DNA of 64,000 bases from Candidatus Nomurabacteria bacterium (GTDB lineage: Bacteria; Patescibacteriota; Minisyncoccia; Phycocordibacterales; UBA9973): the NCBI GenBank assembly GCA_016699365.1, contig CP064973.1:301684-365683 (forward strand). Reading direction: 5' to 3'. Numbering within the stretch: position 1 is the first letter of the stretch; each line of letters starts with the position of its first letter. The notes under the pieces are model-generated. The model was not told where the DNA came from. It saw nothing but the letters and a program-made list of their open reading frames with translations, and searched no databases. Both the position numbers and the translations under genes were made by a program. Positions 1 through 9,801 of the stretch are shown here, piece after piece.

Positions 1-852
1 TTAGGATTTCATGGTGAAGGTCTTGAGAGAATTCATAATGGAATGAAACAAAAAACAGGAATGGTTCTAGCAACAGGACCTACTGGCTCAGGTAAGACTA
101 CAACACTTTATACAATGCTTGATATCTTAAATACTCCAGATGTGAATATATCTACAGTAGAAGATCCGATTGAATATCAAATGCAGAGAATAAACCAAAC
201 TCAAGTAAAATCTGAAATAGGTTTAACTTTTGCAAATGGATTGAGAACACTGCTTCGTCAAGATCCAGATATAATAATGGTTGGAGAGATACGCGACACC
301 GAAACTGTTTCGCTTGCTATAAACGCAGCGCTGACAGGTCATTTGGTGCTTTCTACAATACACACGAACTCTGCTGCGGGAGCGATACCTCGTATGATCG
401 ACATGGGAGCTGAGCCATTTTTAATCGTGTCTACAGTTAAAACTATAATCGCACAAAGACTAGTGCGAAGACTCACAAGTGTAAAAGAAAAATATTTTTT
501 AGAGAAAGAAGAAATATCTGCTCTTGCAAAAATAGTTGATCTAGACAGAATGATGGTTTTTCTTAAAGAAGAAGGTGCTGTTCCAAAGGACGCTAAATGG
601 GAAACAATTCCTTTTTATAAAACTAAATCCTCTGAAGAATCTGAGAGTGGATATAGTGGAAGACTTGGAATACATGAGGTTATGGCAGTTACCCCTACAA
701 TCAAAGAACTTATATTAAAAGGTGCTTCAGAAGATGTAATAGAAGAACAGGCAAAAAAAGAAGGAATGATGACCATGATAGAAGATGGTCTATATATGGC
801 GGTTCAAGGTTTAACTACCACAGAGGAAGTTTTGCGTGTGGTTTCAGAATAA
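1..852 (+). CDS. pilB: Type IV pilus assembly / type II secretion ATPase (GspE/PilB family), C-terminal part. The ORF is open to the window start, so the gene is 5'-truncated here.
   Basis: Walker A motif [17 protein letters not shown] plus the conserved GspE C-terminal region; the reading frame is open from nt 1. Confidence 0.85.
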   Translation, partial: LGFHGEGLERIHNGMKQKTGMVLATGPTGSGKTTTLYTMLDILNTPDVNISTVEDPIEYQMQRINQTQVKSEIGLTFANGLRTLLRQDPDIIMVGEIRDTETVSLAINAALTGHLVLSTIHTNSAAGAIPRMIDMGAEPFLIVSTVKTIIAQRLVRRLTSVKEKYFLEKEEISALAKIVDLDRMMVFLKEEGAVPKDAKWETIPFYKTKSSEESESGYSGRLGIHEVMAVTPTIKELILKGASEDVIEEQAKKEGMMTMIEDGLYMAVQGLTTTEEVLRVVSE

Positions 853-864
853 AGATATTTCATA

Positions 865-2082
865 ATGAAATATACATATAAAGTAAAAAATAAAGACGGA
901 ACAGAAAAAAAAGGAGAAATAGAAGCTCCGGATAAATTTAGTGCAGCAAAGTCTCTTCGTGTTGATGGTGCACAGCCTATATCTATATCTGAAGCCAAAG
1001 TTAAAAAGACAGGCATATCAGTCCCTTTTATCGATTCAATTTTTAATAAAATTAAACTCCATGAAAAGATAATTTTTACTAGAAATTTAAGTGGAATGTT
1101 ATCTGCTGGTTTATCGTTGTATAGAGCATTGGTGGTTTTAGAAAAGCAGACAAAAAATGAAAAATTTAGATCGATACTCAATTCTCTTATAAAAGATATA
1201 GATAAAGGCGGTACTTTATCTGAAGGTATGTCTAAATATCCAAAAGTTTTTTCTACTTTATTTGTTTCTATGGTTAGAGCAGGAGAAGAATCTGGAAAAA
1301 TGTCTGACTCTTTAAAAGAAATTGGATTAAATCTTCAAAAAACCTACGATTTAAATAAAAAAATTAAGGGTGCGATAATGTACCCATCTATAATAGTCGG
1401 AGCTATTTTTTTGATAGGTATTTTTATGATGATTTTTGTTGTACCAGTACTAACCTCTACATTCAAGGAGTTAAATATAGAATTACCTGCAAGTACAAAA
1501 TTTATTATTTTTATAAGCGATTCATTATCAAAAAGTCCATTATTAACATTAGGTTTGGTTTTCTTACTTTTTATAGGACTATTTTTATTGTTTAAATCAA
1601 AATTTTTTAAAAAATATTTTGATTTAATAATATTTCACATCCCGGTTGTTGGAGAGATAGTAAAAGAAGTTAATTCTGCTCGTACAGCTAGAACACTTTC
1701 ATCTCTACTCATTTCTGGGGTTGATATGACAAAAGGCCTTATTATTACAGGAGAGGTTTTACAAAATAAATTTTATAAAGATACAATGCAAAAGGCTGTA
1801 GTCGATATTCAAAAAGGTATTACACTATCATCTGTATTCAAAGAACGAGTAAATTTATATCCAATAATGGTTGGTGAAATGATCGAAGTTGGAGAGGAGA
1901 CAGGTAAACTTTCTAATATGTTGGTAGATATAGCAGTTTTTTATGAATCTGAGGTAGACAATAAGACAAAAGATTTATCTACAATTATTGAACCCGTACT
2001 GATGATTTTAATAGGAGCTGCTGTAGGATTTTTTGCTATTTCGATGATATCACCAATGTATTCTTTGATGGATTCGATCTAA
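865..2082 (+). CDS. pilC: Type IV pilus inner-membrane platform protein (GspF/PilC family)
   Basis: Two T2SS-F-type domains and three TM segments; immediately downstream of pilB. Confidence 0.8.
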   Translation: MKYTYKVKNKDGTEKKGEIEAPDKFSAAKSLRVDGAQPISISEAKVKKTGISVPFIDSIFNKIKLHEKIIFTRNLSGMLSAGLSLYRALVVLEKQTKNEKFRSILNSLIKDIDKGGTLSEGMSKYPKVFSTLFVSMVRAGEESGKMSDSLKEIGLNLQKTYDLNKKIKGAIMYPSIIVGAIFLIGIFMMIFVVPVLTSTFKELNIELPASTKFIIFISDSLSKSPLLTLGLVFLLFIGLFLLFKSKFFKKYFDLIIFHIPVVGEIVKEVNSARTARTLSSLLISGVDMTKGLIITGEVLQNKFYKDTMQKAVVDIQKGITLSSVFKERVNLYPIMVGEMIEVGEETGKLSNMLVDIAVFYESEVDNKTKDLSTIIEPVLMILIGAAVGFFAISMISPMYSLMDSI

Positions 2083-2090
2083 TTATAATT

Positions 2091-3881
2091 ATGAAAGATT
2101 TCAAAAATAAAGGTGTCACTTTAATTGAAACCCTAGTAGCAGTAGCTTTTATTGTAGTTTTTTCTGTTGCTATTTATAACGTATATTCAAAAATACTTGA
2201 AACTACAGCTACTTTATCGAATAGACAAATAGCGGCAGCCCTAGCAAATGAACAATGTGAAATAATAAGAAATATGCCTTATGAAAACATAGGGACTTTG
2301 GGCGGAATTCCATCAGGAACACTATTACAATCACAGACACTAACAAGGGATAATATAAATTTTGATGTTTTTATAACAATAAGAAATATTGATGATCCTT
2401 TTGATGGTACTTTAGGTGGTATACCAAATGATTTGTCCCCAGCAGACAATAAACTGGTCGCGATTGAGATTGCTTGTGATACTTGTAAAAATTTTATACC
2501 AGTAGAATATACAACACATATAGCACCAAAAAATTTAGAAACATCATCTACAAACGGTGCTTTGATAATACGAGTATATGATGCAGATGGTATTCCTGTG
2601 CCGGATGCTTTGATTGAAATTGACAATACCGAGCTATCACCAGAAATTCATATAGATGATGTTTCGGGTATAGATGGTACTTTGAATATAGTGGACGCAC
2701 CTCCTTCTGTTGATTCTTATAAAATTAGGGTCTCAAAAGATGGGTACTCAAGTGAAGAGACCTATCCAATTGGAGATATAAATAATCCTAATCCTACCAA
2801 ACCAAACCAAACTGTTATAGTTCAACAAATAACCCAAGTAAGTTTTTTTATAGACAAAGTTAGTACTATACAAGCGAATTCAATTTTTGAAGATTGTGAT
2901 ACTGCACAAAATATTGATTTTCAAATAAATGGTTCAAAGACAATAGGCACATTACCAGACGTGCTTAAATACGACGCATATTATACGACGAATTCTTCCG
3001 GTAATAAGACAATATCGAATCTAGAGTGGGATACTTATAATGTAAGCGTTACAGATAGTTCATATGATCTTATAGGTACTAACCCTTTACTGACACTGGG
3101 CTTAGTACCTGATTCCTCTCAAGATTTAGATTTGATTGTTGCTCCTAAAGATCCAGCCAGATTACTTGCTGTTATTAGAGATCAGTCCACAGGATTACCT
3201 TTGACTGATGTTTCTGTGCGTCTTGAGGGTCCTACAGGATATGATAATACTTTAATTACCGGTCGTGGATTCCTGACTCAGACAGATTGGTCTAATGGAG
3301 CAGGTCAAGACATGATAGGTTCATACTCACAATATGCAAATTCAGGTGGAAGGATAGAGACCAATTCAAATCCTGGTTCAATAGAAATTGAAGATGTTTT
3401 CGGATCATATATAGAAGGTGGGTGGTTAGAATCTTCTACTTTTGATACTAATAATCTTAGTAATTTTCACCAAATATTATGGAGTCCAAGTAGCCAGCCT
3501 ATTCTCACCGGTGATGATAGTGTAAAATTTCAGGTTGCTTCAAATAATGACGGTTTAACTTGGAATTTTTCTGGTCCTGATGGTACAGGAAGCACATACT
3601 ATACTCTTTCAGATACAAATATAAATTCTTCAATAAGCGGCAATAGATATTTTAGGTATAAGATATATTTAAGTACAGAAGATTCAGCTTATACTCCTAA
3701 CGTTTCAGATATTTCATTTACTCTTACAACAGAATGCACGCCTCCAGGACAGGTTTCTTTTTCCGGTCTTGTTTATGGGGAATATACAATAACAGTTACT
3801 AAATCTGGATATCAAGACTATATTCAATCGGTTACTATTTCAGACGAGTGGCAAAAGGAAGAAATAGCAATTTCGCAATAA
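2091..3881 (+). CDS. Large prepilin-type N-terminal cleavage/methylation domain protein (596-aa pilin-like protein)
   Basis: N-terminus KNKG/VTLIETLVAVAFIVVF is a class III signal with Glu at +5; a long Ser/Thr/Asn-rich, beta-rich C-terminal domain follows. Confidence 0.6.
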   Translation: MKDFKNKGVTLIETLVAVAFIVVFSVAIYNVYSKILETTATLSNRQIAAALANEQCEIIRNMPYENIGTLGGIPSGTLLQSQTLTRDNINFDVFITIRNIDDPFDGTLGGIPNDLSPADNKLVAIEIACDTCKNFIPVEYTTHIAPKNLETSSTNGALIIRVYDADGIPVPDALIEIDNTELSPEIHIDDVSGIDGTLNIVDAPPSVDSYKIRVSKDGYSSEETYPIGDINNPNPTKPNQTVIVQQITQVSFFIDKVSTIQANSIFEDCDTAQNIDFQINGSKTIGTLPDVLKYDAYYTTNSSGNKTISNLEWDTYNVSVTDSSYDLIGTNPLLTLGLVPDSSQDLDLIVAPKDPARLLAVIRDQSTGLPLTDVSVRLEGPTGYDNTLITGRGFLTQTDWSNGAGQDMIGSYSQYANSGGRIETNSNPGSIEIEDVFGSYIEGGWLESSTFDTNNLSNFHQILWSPSSQPILTGDDSVKFQVASNNDGLTWNFSGPDGTGSTYYTLSDTNINSSISGNRYFRYKIYLSTEDSAYTPNVSDISFTLTTECTPPGQVSFSGLVYGEYTITVTKSGYQDYIQSVTISDEWQKEEIAISQ

Positions 3882-3885
3882 ATAT

Positions 3886-4488
3886 ATGAATAAACAAAAA
3901 GGTTTTACTTTTATAGAAATTTTAGTAACAGTCGCTGTAGTGGGATTAATAATTTTAGTATCAAGCTCTTTGAATAAAGATGTAATTGTATTTAGTAGAA
4001 TATTTCAATCTGGATTAAACGCGGCAGATGAAGCTAGAAAAATATTAAGACCAATGGCAAATGAGATTCGTTCCGCATCCCCGTCTTCTGCAGGTGCTTA
4101 TCCTATAGAGAGCGCTACAGCGACATCTTTTATTTTTTTCTCAGATATAGACAGTGATGGAGACAAGGATCGTGTTAGATACTATTTATCAGGAACAACA
4201 CTAAAAAAGGGTGTTATAAACCCATCAGGAAATCCTGCTGTTTATTCTTCTATGTCTGAAGTTAATACAGATATTGTCCATAATATACAGAATGGAGCTA
4301 CTCCAATATTTTTGTATTATGATGCATATTATGACGGGACAACAAACCCTTTGCCAGATCCTGTTTCTATATCATCAATAAGATTGATTAAAATTAATTT
4401 TATAATTGATTCTGATTTGAATAAGTTACCATCTGCGACTACAATTAGTACACAAGTATCTTTTCGTAACCTAAAAGACAATTTATAA
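3886..4488 (+). CDS. Prepilin-type pseudopilin / minor pilin
   Basis: N-terminus QKG/FTFIEILVTVAVVGLIILV is a prepilin cleavage motif. Confidence 0.6.
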   Translation: MNKQKGFTFIEILVTVAVVGLIILVSSSLNKDVIVFSRIFQSGLNAADEARKILRPMANEIRSASPSSAGAYPIESATATSFIFFSDIDSDGDKDRVRYYLSGTTLKKGVINPSGNPAVYSSMSEVNTDIVHNIQNGATPIFLYYDAYYDGTTNPLPDPVSISSIRLIKINFIIDSDLNKLPSATTISTQVSFRNLKDNL

Positions 4489-4490
4489 AT

Positions 4491-5969
4491 ATGAATAGAA
4501 AAGGTTTTATACTTTTAAATACAATTATTTTTTCATCAATTGCTATTACCATAGTATATGGATTTATTGGTTGGGCTGGGACAAGCCTTAAAGCAACCAG
4601 ACATCTTATTGCTAGAGAACAGGCTTTTCAAATTGCAGAAGCAGGTATTGATTATTATAGATGGCATCTAGCACACTCACCTACAGACTATCAGGATGGT
4701 ACTGGGGCAGAAGGACCTTATATACATGATTTCAAAGATAAAGACGGTAATGTAATAGGTCAATATACCCTAACAATAACCCCGCCCATAACAGGTTCTA
4801 CTTTAATAAAGATTAAATCTACAGGTACTGTCGTATCAAATCCAGAAGTACACAGGACCATCATGTCTCATTTAGCAATACCTTCTCTTGCAAAATATGC
4901 TGTAGTCGCCAATGATGTTATGCGTTTTGGTGAAGGAACTGAAACTTTTGGCCCTATTCATGCAAATGGTGGGGTGCGTTTTGATGGTATTGCTCATAAT
5001 ATAGTTACCTCTGCTGTTTCTTCATATGATGATCCAGATCACGAAGATTCTGGTACAGAAAAATTAGAATTTGGAGTTCACACTCATGTAAAACCACCAC
5101 CTGCTTCTGGGACATATACTAATTACGTTTCTGCTGAAACACCACCTAACACTGTAAATGAAAGAACTGATGTATTTATAGCAGGTAGGATATTTCCATA
5201 TCCTACGGCAGATTTCGTGGGTATTACTGCGAATATTTCACAAATGAAAACAGATGCACAATCAGATGGTCACTATTATAATCCTTCTGGTTCGCTAGGA
5301 TATCACTTGGTTTTAAAGACGAATGACACTTATGATTTATATAAAGTTACAAGTCTCACTGCTGTTCCGAATGGTTGTAAAAATAAATTAAATGAAGATG
5401 GTTGGGGGACCTGGAGTATAAAATCTTCAGGCGGACAGACATTGTTGGGGAATTATAATTTTCCTAATAATGGAATTATATTTTTAGATGACAATGTTTG
5501 GGTTGATGGGCAGATAAATACTGCTAGATTGACAATTGTTGCCGGTCATTTTCCAGACATAATTGCAAGTAGAAGGAGTATAACCATAAACAATGATTTA
5601 ATTTATACAAACTATGATGGACAAGACGTTATTGGTTTAATAGCCCAGAAAAATATAAACGTTGGTCTTATGTCAGAAGATGATCTAAGGATAGATGCCG
5701 CTATCGTTGCACAAAATGGACGTGCAGGTAGGTATTATTATGGAAATGGAGGTTCTGCGGGTAATTGTGGTTCCACAGCAAGTCGAGATACCCTTACTTT
5801 GTTTGGTATGATAGCCACAAACCTTAGATACGGGTTTGCTTTTACAGACGGAACTGGATATGATTTACGCTATTTAAATTATGATGCAAATCTTCTATAT
5901 GGTCCACCACCATCATTTCCACTTACTTCTGATAAATACTCAACTGTTTTCTGGGAAGAACAGAAATAA
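4491..5969 (+). CDS. Pilus-associated minor pilin-like protein (PilX-like N-terminal hydrophobic segment, no Glu at +5)
   Basis: N-terminus RKG/FILLNTIIFSSIAITIV; position in the pilus operon; no other recognisable domain. Confidence 0.35.
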   Translation: MNRKGFILLNTIIFSSIAITIVYGFIGWAGTSLKATRHLIAREQAFQIAEAGIDYYRWHLAHSPTDYQDGTGAEGPYIHDFKDKDGNVIGQYTLTITPPITGSTLIKIKSTGTVVSNPEVHRTIMSHLAIPSLAKYAVVANDVMRFGEGTETFGPIHANGGVRFDGIAHNIVTSAVSSYDDPDHEDSGTEKLEFGVHTHVKPPPASGTYTNYVSAETPPNTVNERTDVFIAGRIFPYPTADFVGITANISQMKTDAQSDGHYYNPSGSLGYHLVLKTNDTYDLYKVTSLTAVPNGCKNKLNEDGWGTWSIKSSGGQTLLGNYNFPNNGIIFLDDNVWVDGQINTARLTIVAGHFPDIIASRRSITINNDLIYTNYDGQDVIGLIAQKNINVGLMSEDDLRIDAAIVAQNGRAGRYYYGNGGSAGNCGSTASRDTLTLFGMIATNLRYGFAFTDGTGYDLRYLNYDANLLYGPPPSFPLTSDKYSTVFWEEQK

Positions 5970-6006
5970 ATTACATAAATAATTATATTTTGTTATAATA
6001 TTAATC

Positions 6007-6771
6007 ATGAAAACAAAGAAGATTATCGTTGCGAATTGGAAGATGAATCCGCTAAATACTAAAGACGCGATAAAACTTTTTTCCTCTATTAAATCTACAT
6101 CTCAAAAAAGTAAAAAAACTTCCATAGTAGTGTGTAGTCCATCTATTTTTTTGCCGGTACTATCTAAATATTCAAGTATTAAATGTGCGCTAGGTGCTCA
6201 GAACATGCATTTTGAAACAAACGGTGCTTTTACAGGAGAAATTTCTGCAAAGATGTTGAAAGATTCTAAGGTTTCTTATGTTATTTTGGGTCATTCAGAG
6301 AGGCGAGCAATGGGTGAAGATGATATTTTTATAAATCAAAAGATAAAAATGGCTATCAAGTCTGGCATAACACCGATTTTGTGTGTAGGGGAAAAGGAGC
6401 GCACAGGAGATGCTTGGTATTTACATGCAGTTAAAACTCAAGTAGATGGATGTTTGGAAGGATTGAGGCCAAGTGATCTAGCAAAGATAGTCATAGCCTA
6501 TGAACCCGTGTGGGCGATAGGCAAAGATTCTGTTCGAGTAGCAACTCCAAGTGAATGTGAAGAAATGGTCATATATATACGAAAAGTTTTATCTGATAAG
6601 TTCGGAGCAAAAAATGCTCAAACTCCTATGATTGTTTATGGAGGTTCTGTAGACAGTAAGGAAGCTCAGGATTTTATGATGAACGGTGGTATAGATGGAT
6701 TCTTAGTTGGAAGAGCCAGTTTGAATCCAAAAGAATTTGAAAAAATAGTACAAATTGTAGATTTAATATAA
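6007..6771 (+). CDS. tpiA: Triosephosphate isomerase
   Basis: Motifs VANWKMN, ILGHSERR, AYEPVWAIG and GGSV. Confidence 0.85.
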   Translation: MKTKKIIVANWKMNPLNTKDAIKLFSSIKSTSQKSKKTSIVVCSPSIFLPVLSKYSSIKCALGAQNMHFETNGAFTGEISAKMLKDSKVSYVILGHSERRAMGEDDIFINQKIKMAIKSGITPILCVGEKERTGDAWYLHAVKTQVDGCLEGLRPSDLAKIVIAYEPVWAIGKDSVRVATPSECEEMVIYIRKVLSDKFGAKNAQTPMIVYGGSVDSKEAQDFMMNGGIDGFLVGRASLNPKEFEKIVQIVDLI

Positions 6772-6776
6772 ATATT

Positions 6777-6803
6777 AAAACCCGCCAAATTTGGCGGGTT
6801 TTA
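6777..6803 (+). terminator. Rho-independent terminator (CCCGCCAA-loop-TTGGCGGG + T tract)
   Basis: Perfect 8-bp GC stem followed by TTTT directly after the tpiA stop codon. Confidence 0.7.
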
Positions 6804-6818
6804 TGATACAATTTTTGT

Positions 6819-7928
6819 ATGAAATCCATAAAAAGTCTTGGAAATATAAAAGGTAAGGCGGTTCTCGTGAGAGTCGATTTCAACGTTCCAATTGAAGGAG
6901 ATAAAATAATAGACCCTACTAGAATACTAAAAGCTATACCAACAATTGAATATCTAAAGAAAAAAGGTGCTTTAGTAATACTGATTTCTCACTCTGATTT
7001 ACAAAAAGACACTCAAACACTTTTACCTGTAGTAAAATTTTTAAATAAACATATAAAAGTGCGTTTTATAGAAGGCGCGATTCCTAAATCTATAGATATA
7101 AAAAATGGAGAGGTGGTTTTATTGGAAAACTTGCGTCGATTTAAAGGCGAAAAAGAAAACGATCCAAAGTTTGCAAAAAGCTTGGCTCTCTTGGGTAGTG
7201 TCTATGTAAACGAAGCCTTCCCTGTATCACATAGAGCCCATGCGTCTATTGTTGGTGTGCCGAGATATTTGCCATCATATGTTGGATTTCAATTTGAAAA
7301 AGAAATCAAGAATCTATCTCTCATCCTTAATAAACCCAAAAGACCATTTTTGTTTATATTGGGTGGAGCAAAATTTGAAACTAAAATGCCTCTTATAAAA
7401 AAGTTTCTAAAAGATGCTGATAGGGTAGTTGTAACAGGGGCGCTTATGAACAACTTTTTTAAAGAAGCTTCTTTTGAAGTCGGAAGATCTCTTGTAGAAA
7501 GCGGAGATTATGGAATTAAAAAAATAATAAATAACCCAAAACTTCTTTTACCTGTGGATGTAGTAGTTACTGGTCAAGATGGAGGAAGACTTACTAAAGG
7601 TATCGATGAGGTTGGCAAAAAAGACAAGATTGTGGATATAGGAGATAGGATAATAAAAGAATTTGAGATTTTAATAAATAAATCTAAATTTGTTTTATGG
7701 AATGGTCATACTGGGGAGTACGAAGCTGGCTTTGACCATGGAACCATAGCTTTGTTGAAAATATTGGCTAAATCAAAGGCAAAAACAATAATCGGCGGAG
7801 GAGATACTGTTGCTCTCGTTTCTAAAATGAAAATGGAGGATAAGTTTTCTTTTATTTCAACTGGTGGTGGAGCCACTTTAGAATATCTATCTAAAGGTAC
7901 GTTGCCTGGAATTAAGGCTTTGAAATAA
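6819..7928 (+). CDS. pgk: Phosphoglycerate kinase
   Basis: N-terminal VRVDFNVP motif and C-terminal GGGDT...STGGGA motif; 369 aa, somewhat short. Confidence 0.85.
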   Translation: MKSIKSLGNIKGKAVLVRVDFNVPIEGDKIIDPTRILKAIPTIEYLKKKGALVILISHSDLQKDTQTLLPVVKFLNKHIKVRFIEGAIPKSIDIKNGEVVLLENLRRFKGEKENDPKFAKSLALLGSVYVNEAFPVSHRAHASIVGVPRYLPSYVGFQFEKEIKNLSLILNKPKRPFLFILGGAKFETKMPLIKKFLKDADRVVVTGALMNNFFKEASFEVGRSLVESGDYGIKKIINNPKLLLPVDVVVTGQDGGRLTKGIDEVGKKDKIVDIGDRIIKEFEILINKSKFVLWNGHTGEYEAGFDHGTIALLKILAKSKAKTIIGGGDTVALVSKMKMEDKFSFISTGGGATLEYLSKGTLPGIKALK

Positions 7929-7929
7929 A

Positions 7930-7956
7930 GAAAAAATCCGCTTTGCGGATTTTTTA
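7930..7956. terminator. Rho-independent terminator hairpin GAAAAAATCCGCTTTGCGGATTTTTT (copy 1 of an exact 27-nt direct repeat)
   Basis: ATCCGC/GCGGAT stem flanked by an A tract and a T tract; it lies 2 nt after the pgk stop codon. Confidence 0.7.
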
Positions 7957-8336
7957 ATTTGTTTTTTCTTATTACTTTTTTAAAAAAGTAATGCAAAAAC
8001 TTCTTTGGGTATATTAAAAATCTAGCTCACTACACTCAGGCTCGTTAAAAATATTAACTCGTTTCACTCAAACAGAATATTTTTTACTTCGTAACACTCG
8101 CCTTCGTGTGTTCGTAGACAATTTTTAATATAAGCCAAAGCTAGGACCCAAAGGATTCTGAGTTCTTAAATAACCCAATCCACACTTTCTAAAAAGCCTT
8201 GCGCAGGCGGGTAGCCGAGCAGAGCAAAAATCCAGCAGGATTTTATGCGTGCTTTTTAAAAGTGATGGATAAAATAAAAGTTTTCTAGAAACTAAGTTAT
8301 ATAAAACCACGAATGTGATATGGGTTTTGTATAAAA
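7957..8336. repeat. Structured intergenic element, copy A (homologous to the element at 15351-15700; candidate ncRNA or MITE-like repeat)
   Basis: It shares with copy B the 22-nt AT palindrome (ATTACTTTTTT/AAAAAAGTAAT), CAAAAACTTCTTTG, CTCG..TTAAAA.TATTAACTC, TCAAACAGAATA.TTTT and CG.AAC..TCG.C.TC.T. No plausible ORF. Confidence 0.45.
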
Positions 8337-8363
8337 GAAAAAATCCGCTTTGCGGATTTTTTC
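8337..8363. terminator. Second exact copy of the 27-nt terminator hairpin; acts as the terminator for the convergent minus-strand M23 peptidase gene
   Basis: Identical to 7930-7956; located 17 nt downstream of the minus-strand stop codon at 8380. Confidence 0.65.
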
Positions 8364-8379
8364 TTTTCAGAGTTTTTAT

Positions 8380-9447
8380 TTAAAATGGATTTTTTGCTCC
8401 ACGAATCTCGAAGTGCAAGTGTGGTCCTGTTGATCTTCCTGTGTTTCCGACAGCACCTATTACTTGTCCTTGGGTGACTGTTGCTCCCAAAGGAACAGAC
8501 ACTTTTGACATGTGTGCGTATAAAGTTTGAGTTCCGTTTGAGTGTTTTATAACCACATAACTTCCATATCCTCCACCCCATCCTCCTGATCTGGAAACAA
8601 TAACTGTTCCACTTGCTGATGCATATATTGGAGTTCCAACCGGTGCTGCAATATCTATACCGTTAAATCCATGAAGTCCTTGGGATTTTCTTCCACCAGA
8701 CAGTGGTCTGATGTAATAACCCTTCTGTTCAGGTGCACTCGTTCCCCAAGTTTTTTCTTTTTTACTACTAGAAGAAGATGTTTTGGTTGTTTTTGTTACT
8801 TTTGGTGCAGCTATTTCACCATCTGGTATAAGAAGTATTTCACCTGTTTTCAAAGATGCTGTTTCAATAATTCCATTAAATTGGGCTATTTCTTTTGCAT
8901 CCGCATTGAAATTCTTTGCAATACTAGATATTGTCTCACCCTTTTTAACAACATGTCTAACTCCTGTTATTGGCAGTATTGTTAACATCTGGCCTTCCTT
9001 TAGGCTATCTCCTTTTTTTAGATCGTTTGCCCACATTATTGTATTGGCAGAAACCCCATACATTTCCGCGATTGCTCCTATAGAATCTCCAGACCTTACA
9101 ACATACAGACTGATCTCGTCGCTTTCTGGGAAGTCATATTCTACAACGTCGGCTAGTGTTCCTAGTGGACCCACTTCAGATTTTAGAGCTCCGTCGCTTA
9201 TAGTTACAGTTTTCTCTATTAGAACTTGGTTTGGGTCTGGGCTATGATATGCCATCAAAATAGGCATTGTCTGTGAATTTTGCTCTATATTACTTGTCTC
9301 CGCATGTACTTCTGTTGTAGAAGATAGGCCAAAAATCGATAAAATATTGGCCTCTGTCCTAAGCGGGAATATGACGAAGGCTCCTATTATAGATATAGAA
9401 AAACAAACTTCTTTGGTAGGAAGCTTATTATATAAGGCTATTTTCAT
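8380..9447 (-). CDS. LysM-domain peptidase M23 (peptidoglycan endopeptidase)
   Basis: Signal peptide; two LysM repeats (YVVRSGDSIGAIAEMYGVS.., HVVKKGETISSIAKNF..); C-terminal M23 motifs HGFNGIDIAAPVGTPIYA and GRSTGPHLHFEIR. Confidence 0.8.
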   Translation of the reverse strand: MKIALYNKLPTKEVCFSISIIGAFVIFPLRTEANILSIFGLSSTTEVHAETSNIEQNSQTMPILMAYHSPDPNQVLIEKTVTISDGALKSEVGPLGTLADVVEYDFPESDEISLYVVRSGDSIGAIAEMYGVSANTIMWANDLKKGDSLKEGQMLTILPITGVRHVVKKGETISSIAKNFNADAKEIAQFNGIIETASLKTGEILLIPDGEIAAPKVTKTTKTSSSSSKKEKTWGTSAPEQKGYYIRPLSGGRKSQGLHGFNGIDIAAPVGTPIYASASGTVIVSRSGGWGGGYGSYVVIKHSNGTQTLYAHMSKVSVPLGATVTQGQVIGAVGNTGRSTGPHLHFEIRGAKNPF

Positions 9448-9762
9448 CTGACCCCTTGAATTATAGGTGTTTTTCAGGTCAGAATCTTTTATTGTAGGTT
9501 TTATATGCTTTTTTATTTCCCTCCACTAGTCGCATGTAGGTGACCAAAAAGTAGTAACTACAAGCTTTTTTGACTGTTTTGGGGTTACGATCGTTCGGAA
9601 AGTCTATCAAAATATAGCTTTATGGGGATATCTGTATTAGGGATACTGCAAAATAAGGTATACTTATCTATATGAACCCTATATATTGAGGGTATCCGAT
9701 ACCGGCAGGCTAGTCAACGAACTATATCCACACCCTGTGGATTACCTGTGTGGCCAATAAAT

Positions 9763-9790
9763 TTGACAAAATTTTAAAATTTAGTATAAT
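9763..9790 (+). promoter_or_regulatory. Sigma70-like promoter TTGACA-N16-TATAAT. The ATG is only about 11 nt downstream, so the transcript would be near-leaderless.
   Basis: Consensus -35 and -10 hexamers immediately upstream of the 9802 start codon. Confidence 0.5.
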
Positions 9791-9801
9791 TATATTACAA
9801 T

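Noticed and set aside
8671-9247. Plus-strand ORFs (104 and 154 aa) inside the M23 peptidase gene
   Set aside because: They are antisense to a well-supported CDS, have low-complexity composition and no motifs, so they are spurious.
9448-9760. c-di-AMP (ydaO-type) riboswitch upstream of the M23 peptidase
   Set aside because: The context is suggestive, but I could not find the conserved ydaO sequence blocks by eye; not claimed.
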